63,197 nt of DNA, taken from Chloroflexota bacterium (GTDB lineage Bacteria; Chloroflexota; Limnocylindria; P2-11E). The notes under the pieces are model-generated. The model did not search any database. It was not told the DNA's origin and saw nothing but the letters and a program-made list of their open reading frames with translations. Each line of letters begins with the position of its first letter. Positions within the stretch are counted from its first letter, which is position 1. Below, one piece after another: positions 28,991 through 38,133 of this stretch. The stretch is from contig VBFI01000043.1 in assembly GCA_005889275.1 (NCBI GenBank), positions 1 to 63,197 on the forward strand, written 5' to 3'. The translations under genes were made by a program, and so were the position numbers.

Positions 28991-30733
28991 CTAGCGGAAA
29001 CGCTTTTCTTCTCTGTGTCGGACGACCGTGTCGACGAGGGCAGGCCGCTTTTCCGTGCGGACGACCGCGAGCGCGCGCTCGAGCGCGGGCCGCACCTTCG
29101 CGGGCTCGACGATCGGACCTTCGGCGTGCCAGCCGAATGAGCGCGCCAGCATCGCGAAGTCTGGCGCGGGGTCGTCGATCTCCTGCCCGACCCGCGCGTT
29201 CTCCTTCGGCGTCCCGCGGTGCTGCGCGACGCGCAGCTGATGCTCCCAGTCGTTGTAGTAGGCGCGGTTGTTGTACATGACCACGAGGAGCGGGATGCGG
29301 TGCCGCACCGCGGTCCAGAGCGCGCCCGGGTCGTACAGCAGGTCGCCGTCGGGCTGGATGTCGACGACGAGCCGTTCGGTGCCGCGATACGCGAGCCCGA
29401 CCCCGATCGAGGTCCCGATCTGCGTCGCCGTGCCCGACGAGCGCCCGGCGTGCCGATGGGGACCATCGACGTCCCAGAGGCGGAGGGCCCAGTCCTCCAG
29501 CGTGTTCGAGGTGAGGATCCAGTCCTCGCCCTTGATGACCGACCAGATCTCCGACGCGAGCCGTGGCGCCGTGAGTGGCGAGGCGTCCCAATCCTCGCGC
29601 GCCTCCTTTTCCCACCGCGCCCGGATCGCCTCATGCGCGCGCCGGAGCTCGGCGCAGCGGACGCTCCGATCGCGCGTCCCGCGCTCGCGCACGGCGACGC
29701 GAAGGGCAGGGAGCGCGAGCCGCGTGTCGGCGACGATCGAGAGGGTGACCGGCTGGAACTCGCCAAGGTCCTCGGCCCACTGGCTCTGCCGGAGCTCGGA
29801 GAGGCCGATGTCCACGATCGGCGTGCCCGACCGGACGCGCGAGCGCTTCTCGTTCGTCAGCCGATCGAGCTCGTTCAGCGGCCGCGAAAGGTCGCCGACG
29901 TCGAGCGCCAGCACGAGATCGGCGTCCGCGAGCGCGTCGCCGCCGGTGAGGTTCTGCGAATGGCGGTTCGGGAAGCTCACGCGGCCGCCGAGATCGATCA
30001 CCGCGGCGGCGGTCTCCTCGGCGAGCCCGATGAGCTCGCCGACCGCCTCGGCGTGACGGCCGGTGAACTCGGTCAGGATGACCGGGCGTTCGGCATGGGC
30101 GAGGAGCTCGGCGGCGCGCGCGATGGCGGCCGGATCGGCCTGCGCGGGGCTGGGCCGTGCGCCCGCGGCGACGGCCGACACATCGATCGGGCGATCGAGC
30201 TTCTCCTCCTGGAGCCCGGCGTCGTAACACACGTACACCGGACCGGCAGGCTCGGTCGTCGCCATGCGGTAGGCGCGCGCGAACGAGGCGGGGAAGTCGG
30301 GCACCGTCGCGGGCTGGTCGTCCCACTTCGTGTAGTCGCGGACCGCGTTCGCGTTCACCTGCGCGGTGTGGATCCAATCGATATGCGGCCGCCGCTTCGT
30401 CCGGTCGACGGGTCCTGTCGCTCCGAGGACGAGGACCGGGGCGCGGTCGACGTGCGCGTAGTAGATGGTCATCGTGGCGTGGAGGAGCCCGACGACGTCG
30501 TGCACCGCGGCGGCCATCGGCCGGCCGGTGACCTTCGCGTAGCCGTGCGCGATCGACACGGCGATCTCCTCGTGCGTGCAGAGGATGATCTCCGGTTTGT
30601 TCCCGCCGTAGTTGACGAGCGAGTCATGGAGGCCGCGATAGGACGCGCCCGGATTCAGCGCGACATAGTCGATCCCGAAGGCCCGGAGGAGATCGACGAT
30701 GACATCGGAGCCGTAGCGCTGCTGCGGCGCTAT
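28991..30733 (-). CDS. Thiamine-diphosphate-dependent enzyme, copy 2 (paralog of 26118-27908); non-canonical start likely
   Basis: The tracked ORF starts at GTG 30559. The same frame stays open and encodes the conserved YGSDVIVDLLRAFGIDYVALNPGASYRGLHDSLVNY...HEEIAVSIAHGYAK up to 30733. ThDP box DGDLL...NNRAY. Confidence 0.7.
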   Translation of the reverse strand: MAPQQRYGSDVIVDLLRAFGIDYVALNPGASYRGLHDSLVNYGGNKPEIILCTHEEIAVSIAHGYAKVTGRPMAAAVHDVVGLLHATMTIYYAHVDRAPVLVLGATGPVDRTKRRPHIDWIHTAQVNANAVRDYTKWDDQPATVPDFPASFARAYRMATTEPAGPVYVCYDAGLQEEKLDRPIDVSAVAAGARPSPAQADPAAIARAAELLAHAERPVILTEFTGRHAEAVGELIGLAEETAAAVIDLGGRVSFPNRHSQNLTGGDALADADLVLALDVGDLSRPLNELDRLTNEKRSRVRSGTPIVDIGLSELRQSQWAEDLGEFQPVTLSIVADTRLALPALRVAVRERGTRDRSVRCAELRRAHEAIRARWEKEAREDWDASPLTAPRLASEIWSVIKGEDWILTSNTLEDWALRLWDVDGPHRHAGRSSGTATQIGTSIGVGLAYRGTERLVVDIQPDGDLLYDPGALWTAVRHRIPLLVVMYNNRAYYNDWEHQLRVAQHRGTPKENARVGQEIDDPAPDFAMLARSFGWHAEGPIVEPAKVRPALERALAVVRTEKRPALVDTVVRHREEKRFR

Positions 30734-31764
30734 TTGGTCCCGACCCCGCGCTTCTCTGCGTCCTGCACGAACGAGTCGTCGATCGCCCTGGTCACGTCGA
30801 GATCCTTCACCGTCGGGTTCGTCGCCACGAGCGTCTGCTTCGTGTAATCGAACGCCGCCCGATCGAGGTGCGGGTAGGTCGGCATGATCTGCGTGACGTA
30901 GAAGTCGTAGGCCTGCGACAGGGCGTCCTGGTCGTCCACGCTCAGGAGCTTCGCCATGACCTTGACCGTTCCGGGCTTGTCTTTCTTCGCGGCGGCGATC
31001 GCCTCGATCTCGGCGTCGATGAACGCCTGAACCGTCTGACGGTTCGCGGTGAGGTAGGAGCGGCGCACGATCGTGCAGTTGTCCGTCGCCGGGATCTTTT
31101 CCGCGGCGAGGTCCACCACGACCTTGAAGCCCTGCTTGAGCAGCAGGACCGTGTCCGGCGGGTGGCCCGGACCGGCGTACGCGGCGCCGCCGAGCATGCC
31201 CTTCGTGAGGTTGGCGACGGAGCCGAACGCCTGCTTCGTCACGTCCTTCTGGGGATCGAGCCCGAGCCGCTGCAGCGAGAGGTCCGCGGCGACCTCGCTG
31301 GAGCCGCCCTTCGACGCGAGCCCGACGACCTTGCCTTTGAGGTCAGCGGGCGTCTTGTAGTCGGTCTTGGCGAGCAGCTGCCACGGCGTGACCGGGACGA
31401 ACAGCGCGACCGCGACCATGTCGGAGCCGGCCGCGACGCCGCTCATCGTCTCCGTCCCGCCGAAGTTCGCGAATTGCACCTGACCCGAGATGAGCGCCGC
31501 GGCCGAGGGCGAGCCGCCGTCGATGAGCGAGAGATCGACGTCGAGTCCGTGCTTGCTGAAGATGCCCATCTCCTTCGCGAAGAAGGGCGCGAGGTTCGCC
31601 GGCGAAACGTTTCCGTAGGAAGCCTTGATCTTGATGGGCTCGGGCGCCGCGCTCCCGCCGGATGCGACCGGCTGGCTTGGCGTGGCCGTCGTCCCGCTGC
31701 CACACGCCGCGATGACGATCGCTACAAGTGCGATCGGAACGAGTGCGCGTGAGAGTCTGCGCAT
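30730..31764 (-). CDS. ABC substrate-binding lipoprotein, NMT1/SsuA-like (SBP-3)
   Basis: ATG 31764 is 8 nt after GGAGG. Lipobox IAAC. DLKGKVVGLASKGGSSE. Confidence 0.85.
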   Translation of the reverse strand: MRRLSRALVPIALVAIVIAACGSGTTATPSQPVASGGSAAPEPIKIKASYGNVSPANLAPFFAKEMGIFSKHGLDVDLSLIDGGSPSAAALISGQVQFANFGGTETMSGVAAGSDMVAVALFVPVTPWQLLAKTDYKTPADLKGKVVGLASKGGSSEVAADLSLQRLGLDPQKDVTKQAFGSVANLTKGMLGGAAYAGPGHPPDTVLLLKQGFKVVVDLAAEKIPATDNCTIVRRSYLTANRQTVQAFIDAEIEAIAAAKKDKPGTVKVMAKLLSVDDQDALSQAYDFYVTQIMPTYPHLDRAAFDYTKQTLVATNPTVKDLDVTRAIDDSFVQDAEKRGVGTK

Positions 31765-31805
31765 CACCGCCACCTCCGCGCCGTCGCCCGCCCGCGGCGG
31801 CGGCC

Positions 31806-31820
31806 AAAGGTTATACCATT
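31806..31820. promoter_or_regulatory. Operator B: AAAGGTTATACCATT
   Basis: Lies 42 nt upstream of the SBP-3 start (minus strand). One mismatch to the palindrome. Confidence 0.6.
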
Positions 31821-31865
31821 CGGCGGTCCGCTCAGAGGGCCCTCCAGCGGGTATGACGCGGTGGT

Positions 31866-32150
31866 CTATCTCGAGGATGCCGCCGGATCAGAGCGCGCGA
31901 TGGCGCGCTCGAGCGCCCCCTCGAGGTAGACCGGCTCGATCCCACTCGCCCAGTAGCGCAGCGACTCGAGGTTCGGCTGCGTCGTCTCCGCGTCGGTGCG
32001 GCGCACGATCCCGCGCCCGCCGCGTGGCTGGAACTCGAACCATCCGATCCAGGTCCCGTCCTCGCGGGGACGCCCGACCGCGCGCGCGGCGTAGAGGTGT
32101 CCGTCCTCGTCCGCGACCTCGCTCGTGAACTCATGGATCGTCGTGTCCAC
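31866..32150 (-). CDS. Small conserved hypothetical protein (94 aa)
   Basis: Balanced, acidic composition unlike GC-artefact ORFs. Motif TTQPN...YWASG..PVYLEGAL resembles a small protein family I recall from high-GC Gram-positives. Confidence 0.5.
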   Translation of the reverse strand: MDTTIHEFTSEVADEDGHLYAARAVGRPREDGTWIGWFEFQPRGGRGIVRRTDAETTQPNLESLRYWASGIEPVYLEGALERAIARSDPAASSR

Positions 32151-32226
32151 GTCGTCTTTAGCCTGGCGGATTGCGTGCCGTTACGCTCGCGTTACCTCGG
32201 GCCGGCGACCGCCGGCAGCGGGCTCA

Positions 32227-33333
32227 TCAGGCAAAGTTCCGATCTTCGACCGTGAGCGCGAGGTCACCTCCGGAAACCCAGACCCCCGGCGTGATCTGCT
32301 CATCGACCACCATCGGCATCCAGTTCCCGAAGAGCACGACGACGCGCCGAACGAACGGCTCGCGCAGGGTGGCGCCGCCGGCGTTCGTGGTGAGCAGCGT
32401 CGCCCGGATCTGGACCGTGGCCAGACCGTCCGGAACCGGGGAGACCCCGTTCGTGTCGCGGAACGTGTCGTACCGCTCGATGGTCGCCGTCACGTTCGCG
32501 AACGTGCGCGACGGCGTGTCCGCGCGGTCGAGGGAGGCGAGATATGCCTTGTGGCCCGTCGCGTAGGGCGTATCGCCGTGCATCCCAAAGGACTCGACGG
32601 CCGATCCCGGGACCCAGCTCTCCTCACGGAGCAGGACCCCGATCGCCTCTGCGGTCTGCCGGCGGACGCCGTCGACGACCACCGTCTGCGGTCCGTTGAA
32701 CCAGCGCCCGTTCGACGCGTCCCAGGCATCGACGACCATCGGGCTGTCGCCGACCAGCCGGAGGCGGCCGGTCTCGGTCTGGTCCGGGGCGGAGCCGTCG
32801 ACCGCTTTGTCCACGATCGTCGCCGTGACCTCGGCGACGGCGCGCGTTCCCCACGGCTTCACCAGGACGCGATCGACGTGGATGGAGCCTACCGCGAACT
32901 TCCGTTTCACTCCGTCGTTCGAAGCGCCGATGCCGGCGACGACCGCGTCACGGAACCGGCCGCTGATCGCTCCGAGCTGCGAGGGATCCTTGCCGCCGGA
33001 GTCGCGGAAGCGGTCGAGGGCGTCGAGGTACCGCTCGAGGCCGATCCGGATCCGACCCTCGTGGTCGTCGTTGCTGGCCACCGACTGAAGGATCAGCGAT
33101 GGGCTGATCGGGAAGGCCGGCGCGACGATGACCGCGGGCGTCTCGACACTTGCCGTCGGGGAGTCGGGCTTGGGCGAGGCCGCCGGCGCGAGTGTGGACG
33201 ACGGCTCCGGCGACGCGGTCGCGTCCGGCGCCGCGGCGGTCGTGGGCGACGGCTGTAGGGCGTCGTCGCGCTGCGCCGGCGCGCACGCGGCGACGGCGGT
33301 CGCGAGCAGTACGAGCGCGATGACCGGGCGCAT
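32227..33333 (-). CDS. Lipoprotein of unknown function
   Basis: Signal plus lipobox (AVAAC), Pro/Ala/Ser-rich linker, then a globular domain with normal composition. Confidence 0.6.
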   Translation of the reverse strand: MRPVIALVLLATAVAACAPAQRDDALQPSPTTAAAPDATASPEPSSTLAPAASPKPDSPTASVETPAVIVAPAFPISPSLILQSVASNDDHEGRIRIGLERYLDALDRFRDSGGKDPSQLGAISGRFRDAVVAGIGASNDGVKRKFAVGSIHVDRVLVKPWGTRAVAEVTATIVDKAVDGSAPDQTETGRLRLVGDSPMVVDAWDASNGRWFNGPQTVVVDGVRRQTAEAIGVLLREESWVPGSAVESFGMHGDTPYATGHKAYLASLDRADTPSRTFANVTATIERYDTFRDTNGVSPVPDGLATVQIRATLLTTNAGGATLREPFVRRVVVLFGNWMPMVVDEQITPGVWVSGGDLALTVEDRNFA

Positions 33334-33441
33334 CCGCGGAAACGGTAGGGTGGGCCCGGCCCGCCGACAATGCGGATTTCGTCAGGGGTTTGTCGTACGC
33401 ACGGCCTACGACTTATCGCGCGGGCAGCCGGGGGGTCGCTC

Positions 33442-34920
33442 CTACGGCAGGTCCTTCGGCTTCTCTCCCTTGCCGACGAGCCAGCCCCAGCGCTCGAGCG
33501 CGAGACGCTTCGTCTCCGGTGTGGGAAGCTGCGAGACCGGGAAGCGATCGCGCCACTCCCACGGCCGCGTCGCGTCGATGATCGCGCGCGAGCTGAAGCC
33601 CTTCTTGTCCGGGTGGATGCGCGGATCGAGCGGGCCGCTCCACGCGCGCGGGATGATGTCGATCGATTCGGCCGGCTCGCTGCGGGTGCACATCGCCCAG
33701 AGGACCTGCTCGAGATCCATCACGTCGATGTCGTCGTCGACGACGACGGTGTAGCGACCCAGGTACGCGCCGGTATGCACGCTCGCCGCCGCGTGCCCGA
33801 CCTGCCGCGCGTGACCGGCGTACCGCTGGCTGATCGAGACCGCGTTGAAGAGACGCGAGCCGCCGACCTCGTGGCACCACACGCCGACGATGCCCGGGAT
33901 CGACGCCGCCTCGAGGTCGCCGCGCAGGCGCGCGCTCCGCATGAACGCACGGTAGAAGGACTGCTCGTCGGGCGGCACGTTCGGCGGCGAGGCGAGGATG
34001 ATCGGATCGCTGCGGTGGTAGATCGCTTCGACGCGGAACACCGGCTCCGCACGCTCGCCCGAGGCGTAGTAGCCGGTCCACTCGCCGAAGGGACCCTCGA
34101 CCTCGCGCTCCTCGGGGTCGACCCAGCCCTCCATGACGATCTCGGCATCGGCCGGGATCGGCAGCCCGGTGACCGGCCCCTTCACGACGCGATACGGCGC
34201 GCCGCGGACGCCCCCGGCCCAGTCGTACTCGGTCGTCCCGTAGGGGATCTCGGTGCAGGCGGCGAGGAAGAGGAGCGGGTCGCCGCCGGGGCAGAAGGCG
34301 AGCGGCATGCGCTCCTTGCGCGCGAACCACTTGTCGCGATGCTGCCGGCCGTGCTTGCCCGGTGAGATGTAAAAGCCAAGGCGCGTCTTGTCGTGGACCA
34401 TCACCCGATACGTCCCGAGGTTCACCCAGCCCTCGTCGGGGTCGCGGGTGATGTCGAAGCTCCCGGTGCCGAGGTAGCGTCCCCCGTCGAACTCGTGCCA
34501 CTTCGGGGCGGGGAACATGAGGCAGTTGACCTCGCTGCCGCGCAGGACGTTCTCGAACACGGGTCCGTCCTTGACGACCTCCGCCGGGATGGTGGGGATG
34601 CCCTTGCGCACGCGCTCCTGCCAGCTGCGCACGAGCTCGTGCGGCGAGGCGTTCGGGTCGAGACCGAGCGTCACCGCGATTCGTGGGAAGGAGCCGAGGC
34701 CGTTCGACAGGACGCGGAATCCCTTGCGGTAACCCTTGATCTCGTCGAAGAGCGTCGCTTTCGACGGGCGCGTGCGGCCGAGCAGTTCGGTCGCCATGCC
34801 GATGTCCTCTTCGGTGTTCGCGCCGCGTACCGTCTGAAGCTCGCCGAGCGCATCGACCCGCGTCAGCCAGTCGCGGAGGTCGGTGGGGGTGCTCACCTTT
34901 GTAGGGATCGTGGTGGTCAT
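33442..34920 (-). CDS. UbiD-family (prFMN-dependent) decarboxylase, paralog 1
   Basis: VNLGTYR, EGPFGEWTGYY and C-terminal IIDATRPW motifs. SD GGAGA 7 nt upstream. Confidence 0.85.
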   Translation of the reverse strand: MTTTIPTKVSTPTDLRDWLTRVDALGELQTVRGANTEEDIGMATELLGRTRPSKATLFDEIKGYRKGFRVLSNGLGSFPRIAVTLGLDPNASPHELVRSWQERVRKGIPTIPAEVVKDGPVFENVLRGSEVNCLMFPAPKWHEFDGGRYLGTGSFDITRDPDEGWVNLGTYRVMVHDKTRLGFYISPGKHGRQHRDKWFARKERMPLAFCPGGDPLLFLAACTEIPYGTTEYDWAGGVRGAPYRVVKGPVTGLPIPADAEIVMEGWVDPEEREVEGPFGEWTGYYASGERAEPVFRVEAIYHRSDPIILASPPNVPPDEQSFYRAFMRSARLRGDLEAASIPGIVGVWCHEVGGSRLFNAVSISQRYAGHARQVGHAAASVHTGAYLGRYTVVVDDDIDVMDLEQVLWAMCTRSEPAESIDIIPRAWSGPLDPRIHPDKKGFSSRAIIDATRPWEWRDRFPVSQLPTPETKRLALERWGWLVGKGEKPKDLP

Positions 34921-35029
34921 CGTTCCGTCTCCCCGCCGCTATTCATCGCCGCGTAACGGTACGCGTGGGGTGCGACCGAACGGTCGCTGGGTCCGCGTCG
35001 CACCACCAGCGCGAGGGCGTCTTGCGGCG

Positions 35030-35044
35030 AATGATCATACCATT
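35030..35044. promoter_or_regulatory. Operator C: AATGATCATACCATT
   Basis: Lies in the divergent region between UbiD-1 and the second ABC system. One mismatch. Confidence 0.65.
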
Positions 35045-35072
35045 GGACCAACCGTGCGATGCTGAGGTGAGC

Positions 35073-35870
35073 GTGGCGGTAAAGCTCGAAGCACGGCGCG
35101 TGGCGATCAAATACCGGCGGCAGAGCACCGGGCTCGATCTCGTCGCGGTCGATGGCGTCGACCTCCGGATCGATGACGGTGAGTTCGTGTCGATCGTCGG
35201 TCCATCCGGCTGCGGCAAGACGACGTTCCTCAACGCTGTCGACGGCCTGATCGCGATCGAATCCGGCGCGCTCGTGCTCGATGGACGCGAGATCGCGGCG
35301 CCCGGTCCGGATCGCGCGATGGTGTTCCAGCAGCCGAGCCTCCTGCCGTGGCGCACGGTCACCGGGAACGTCCTCTACGGCCTCGAGATGCAGCACCGCG
35401 GCGGGGAGGAATCGCGGAAGACCGCGGCGCGGCTCATCGATCTCGTCGGCCTGGAGGGATTCGCGGACTCGTGGCCCTCCGAGCTCTCCGGGGGGATGCA
35501 GCAGCGCGTGAACCTGGCCCGTGCGCTCGCGACGGACCCCGAGCTGCTGCTGCTGGACGAGCCGTTCGCGGCGCTCGACGCGCAGACCCGAGAGACGATG
35601 CAGCAGGAGCTCCTCCGCATCTGGGGCGCGACGCGCAAGACCGCTCTCTTCATCACCCACGACATCACCGAGGCTGTGTACCTCGCGGACCGCGTCATCG
35701 TGTTCACGGCTCGGCCGGGGCGCGTGAAGCTCGACGTGAGGATCGACCTGCCGCGCCCGCGGGACCTGCGCCTCAAGCGCGAGGCACGATTCATCGAGTA
35801 CGAGCGCACCATCTGGGAGTCGATCCGCGAAGAGGTGCTGCGGACCGAGTCGCGAGCCCAGGTCGCCTGA
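35073..35870 (+). CDS. ABC transporter ATP-binding protein (NitT/TauT family), second system
   Basis: Walker A GPSGCGKTT, LSGGMQQR, LLLDEPFAALD. I prefer GTG 35073 (GAGG 5 nt upstream) because ATG 35031 lies inside operator C. Confidence 0.85.
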   Translation: MAVKLEARRVAIKYRRQSTGLDLVAVDGVDLRIDDGEFVSIVGPSGCGKTTFLNAVDGLIAIESGALVLDGREIAAPGPDRAMVFQQPSLLPWRTVTGNVLYGLEMQHRGGEESRKTAARLIDLVGLEGFADSWPSELSGGMQQRVNLARALATDPELLLLDEPFAALDAQTRETMQQELLRIWGATRKTALFITHDITEAVYLADRVIVFTARPGRVKLDVRIDLPRPRDLRLKREARFIEYERTIWESIREEVLRTESRAQVA

Positions 35871-36802
35871 TGTCGCAGCAGCCGCCCGGAAATATCGACT
35901 CCGGCGTCGTCCTGGATGGCTCGTACCTGGCTGCGTCGCCAACACCCGCCGAGGCCGTGGCCCTCGCGCCCCGAGGCGCCGCGCGCGCGAGTGCCATTCG
36001 CGGCCACGAGCCGGTGATCATCGGCACGGTCACGGTCCTTCTCTTCTTCGTCGTCTGGCAGGGCATCGGCCTCCTTCGCGACCGCTCCCCGGACGGCCTG
36101 GCCCTCGGGCCGTTCCTGTTCGTGCCGCCGTCGCAGCTCTTCCTCCCCGCGCCGCTCGACATCGCGAAGGCGTTCCAGGCGTACGTCCAGGACGGACGGA
36201 TCTGGAAAGACGTCGCGGTGAGCGGCCAGGAGCTGGCCATCGGGTACGTCGCCGCGGCGATCCTCGGGATCATCCTCGGCCTCCTGGTCGGGTGGTACGC
36301 GCGCCTGCGCTACGCGCTCGATCCGTTCATCACCTTCCTCTACGCGACGCCGCGGATCGTCCTGCTCCCGCTCTTCATCATCTGGTTCGGGATCGGCGTC
36401 GAATCGAAGATCGCGGTGGTCTTCCTCGGGGCGATCTTCGCGATCCTCATCAACACGACCGCCGGAGTGCGGAACCTCGACGCCAACCTCGTGAAGGTGG
36501 CTCGATCGTTCGGAGCGTCGGACTTCCAGCTGTTCCGCACGATCGCGCTCCCCGGATCCGTGCCGTTCATCCTGACCGGGCTGCGCCTGGGGATCGGGCA
36601 CGCGCTCACCGGTGTCGTCGTCGGGGAGCTTGTCGCCGCTCAGTTCGGCGTCGGGCAGATGATGGCCGTCGCCGGCGCGACCTTCCAGAGCTCGAAGGTC
36701 TTCGCCGGGCTCTTCCTGATCGCGGGCGCCGGGATGCTCATGACCTTCACGCTCCAGCGGCTCGAGCAGCGCTTCCAGGCCTGGCGGCCGAAGCCGAACT
36801 AG
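35870..36802 (+). CDS. ABC transporter permease (NitT/TauT family), second system
   Basis: TGATG overlap with the ATPase. Polytopic. EAA-like loop (RNLDANLVKVARSFGASDFQLFRTIALP). Confidence 0.85.
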   Translation: MSQQPPGNIDSGVVLDGSYLAASPTPAEAVALAPRGAARASAIRGHEPVIIGTVTVLLFFVVWQGIGLLRDRSPDGLALGPFLFVPPSQLFLPAPLDIAKAFQAYVQDGRIWKDVAVSGQELAIGYVAAAILGIILGLLVGWYARLRYALDPFITFLYATPRIVLLPLFIIWFGIGVESKIAVVFLGAIFAILINTTAGVRNLDANLVKVARSFGASDFQLFRTIALPGSVPFILTGLRLGIGHALTGVVVGELVAAQFGVGQMMAVAGATFQSSKVFAGLFLIAGAGMLMTFTLQRLEQRFQAWRPKPN

Positions 36803-36889
36803 GTCGCCCGAGGCGCAGCCGCACTCCCGCGCGCGGGCCCACTCGTCGCGGGAGGCTAGGCTTGTCGGACAACACAGGGGAGGAAGCCC

Positions 36890-37279
36890 ATGGCAGGGAA
36901 CATCGTTCACTTCGAGATCAACGCCAAGGACGCCGGCCGCGCGAAGCGCTTCTACAGCACCGTCTTCGGTTGGAAGTTCAAGGACTCGGCCATGCCCGGT
37001 ATCGAGTACTACCTGACGGACGGGACGCAGCCTCCCGGGGCGATCAACCCGATGCAGCAGGACCCCGGTCCGGTCGTGTACTTCGACACGGACGACATCG
37101 ATGCGTCCATCAGGAAGATCCGCGAGCTCGGCGGAAAGGCCGACGACAAGCAGCCGATCCAGGGCCAGGGCTGGTTCGCGGCATGTGTCGACACAGAGGG
37201 AAACAAGATCTCGCTCTTCCAGGCCGACCCGAGCGTGACGGTGGAGACCGAGCGCCAGTACCAGCAAGCCCGCGCATAA
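36890..37279 (+). CDS. VOC-family (glyoxalase/bleomycin-resistance fold) protein
   Basis: IVHFEI...AKRFYSTVFGW...GWFAACVDTEGNKISLFQ. Strong SD GGGGAGGAAG. Confidence 0.8.
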   Translation: MAGNIVHFEINAKDAGRAKRFYSTVFGWKFKDSAMPGIEYYLTDGTQPPGAINPMQQDPGPVVYFDTDDIDASIRKIRELGGKADDKQPIQGQGWFAACVDTEGNKISLFQADPSVTVETERQYQQARA

Positions 37280-37312
37280 GGTCGAACCAACAGCAGCTCT
37301 CATACGCGACCT

Positions 37313-37347
37313 GAGGCCGCCGGGACGCGGGTTGGCCCGGCGGCCTC
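37313..37347 (+). terminator. GC-rich hairpin after the VOC gene (no U-tract)
   Basis: Perfect 12-bp stem GAGGCCGCCGGG / CCCGGCGGCCTC with an 11-nt loop, abutting operator D. Confidence 0.45.
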
Positions 37348-37362
37348 AATGGTCATACCATT
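37348..37362. promoter_or_regulatory. Operator D: AATGGTCATACCATT (perfect 6-3-6 palindrome), autoregulatory site
   Basis: Ends 9 nt upstream of the gntR GTG and directly follows a 12-bp-stem hairpin. Confidence 0.75.
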
Positions 37363-37371
37363 CGCAGCGCT

Positions 37372-38133
37372 GTGTTCACTCCGATCCACCAGGCGCGCGC
37401 CTCGGGTGAGATCGTTTCCCAGATCGAGCGGGCGATCTTCGCCGAGGAGCTCTCGGCGGGCGACCGGCTCCAATCAGAGCGCGAGCTGGCCGAGCAGTTC
37501 GGCGTCTCACGCATCACCGTGCGTGACGCGCTCCGCGTCCTCGAGGCGCGCGGCCTCATCCGTGTGAAGGTCGGCGCGACCGGCGGGGCGTTCGGCGCGG
37601 ACGCGAGCACCGACCGCGTGGCCGAATCGCTCTCGACGATGATCCGACTCAAGCGCATGACCCTCTCCGAGCTCGCGGAGGCGCGGACGGTCGTCGAGGC
37701 GGCCACCGCCGCGCTCGCCGCCCAGCGCGCCAACGCCGGAGCCGTCTCGCGCCTCGCGCAGAACGCGCAGCAGGGCCGCGCGGTGATCCGCGAGAGCGTC
37801 ACCCACGCGGAGGCGAGCATGGACTTCCATGTCGAACTCGCGCGCGCGGCCGGCAACGAGGTCCTCTACGCGACGGTCGCGGCGTATCGCGAGCTGCTCG
37901 TCCCGGCGCTCCGCGATCTGCGCAACCCGAGCACGGTGAACAAGACGCAGAAGATCCACGAGGAGCTCGTCGAGGCGGTCCGCCGCCACGATGCGGAAGG
38001 GGCGCGCGAGCTGATGGTGGCGCATCTCGAGGACTTCGAGAAGCGTCTGCGCAGGCGGCTCGTGGAACGGGAAGAGGAGCGCCTTCCGACCGGCAACGTG
38101 CATCGACTCGTCCGTCCCGGAGGAAAACGCTGA
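37372..38133 (+). CDS. GntR-family transcriptional regulator, FadR subfamily (FCD ligand domain)
   Basis: wHTH LQSERELAEQFGVSRITVRDALRVLEARGLI, followed by an all-helical FCD-type domain (HVELARAAGNEVL...H). Confidence 0.9.
   Translation: MFTPIHQARASGEIVSQIERAIFAEELSAGDRLQSERELAEQFGVSRITVRDALRVLEARGLIRVKVGATGGAFGADASTDRVAESLSTMIRLKRMTLSELAEARTVVEAATAALAAQRANAGAVSRLAQNAQQGRAVIRESVTHAEASMDFHVELARAAGNEVLYATVAAYRELLVPALRDLRNPSTVNKTQKIHEELVEAVRRHDAEGARELMVAHLEDFEKRLRRRLVEREEERLPTGNVHRLVRPGGKR

Noticed and set aside
26118-30733. The two ThDP enzymes as acetolactate synthase large subunits (ilvB)
   Set aside because: There is no ilvN, ilvC or ilvD context. They are duplicated in tandem with SBPs and sit behind the island operator. 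A catabolic decarboxylase or lyase role is more likely.
32159-32173. TAGCCT-N6-TTG, the same geometry as the leaderless promoters, heading ORF 32171-32566
   Set aside because: The ORF is antisense to the lipoprotein gene and has Arg/Ser/Thr-rich nonsense-like composition. It is probably a chance match, or at most an antisense transcription start.
37349-37567. 72-aa ORF beginning MVIPFA upstream of and overlapping gntR
   Set aside because: Its ATG is part of the palindromic operator (AATGGTCATACCATT). It is out of frame with the clear GntR wHTH reading frame.
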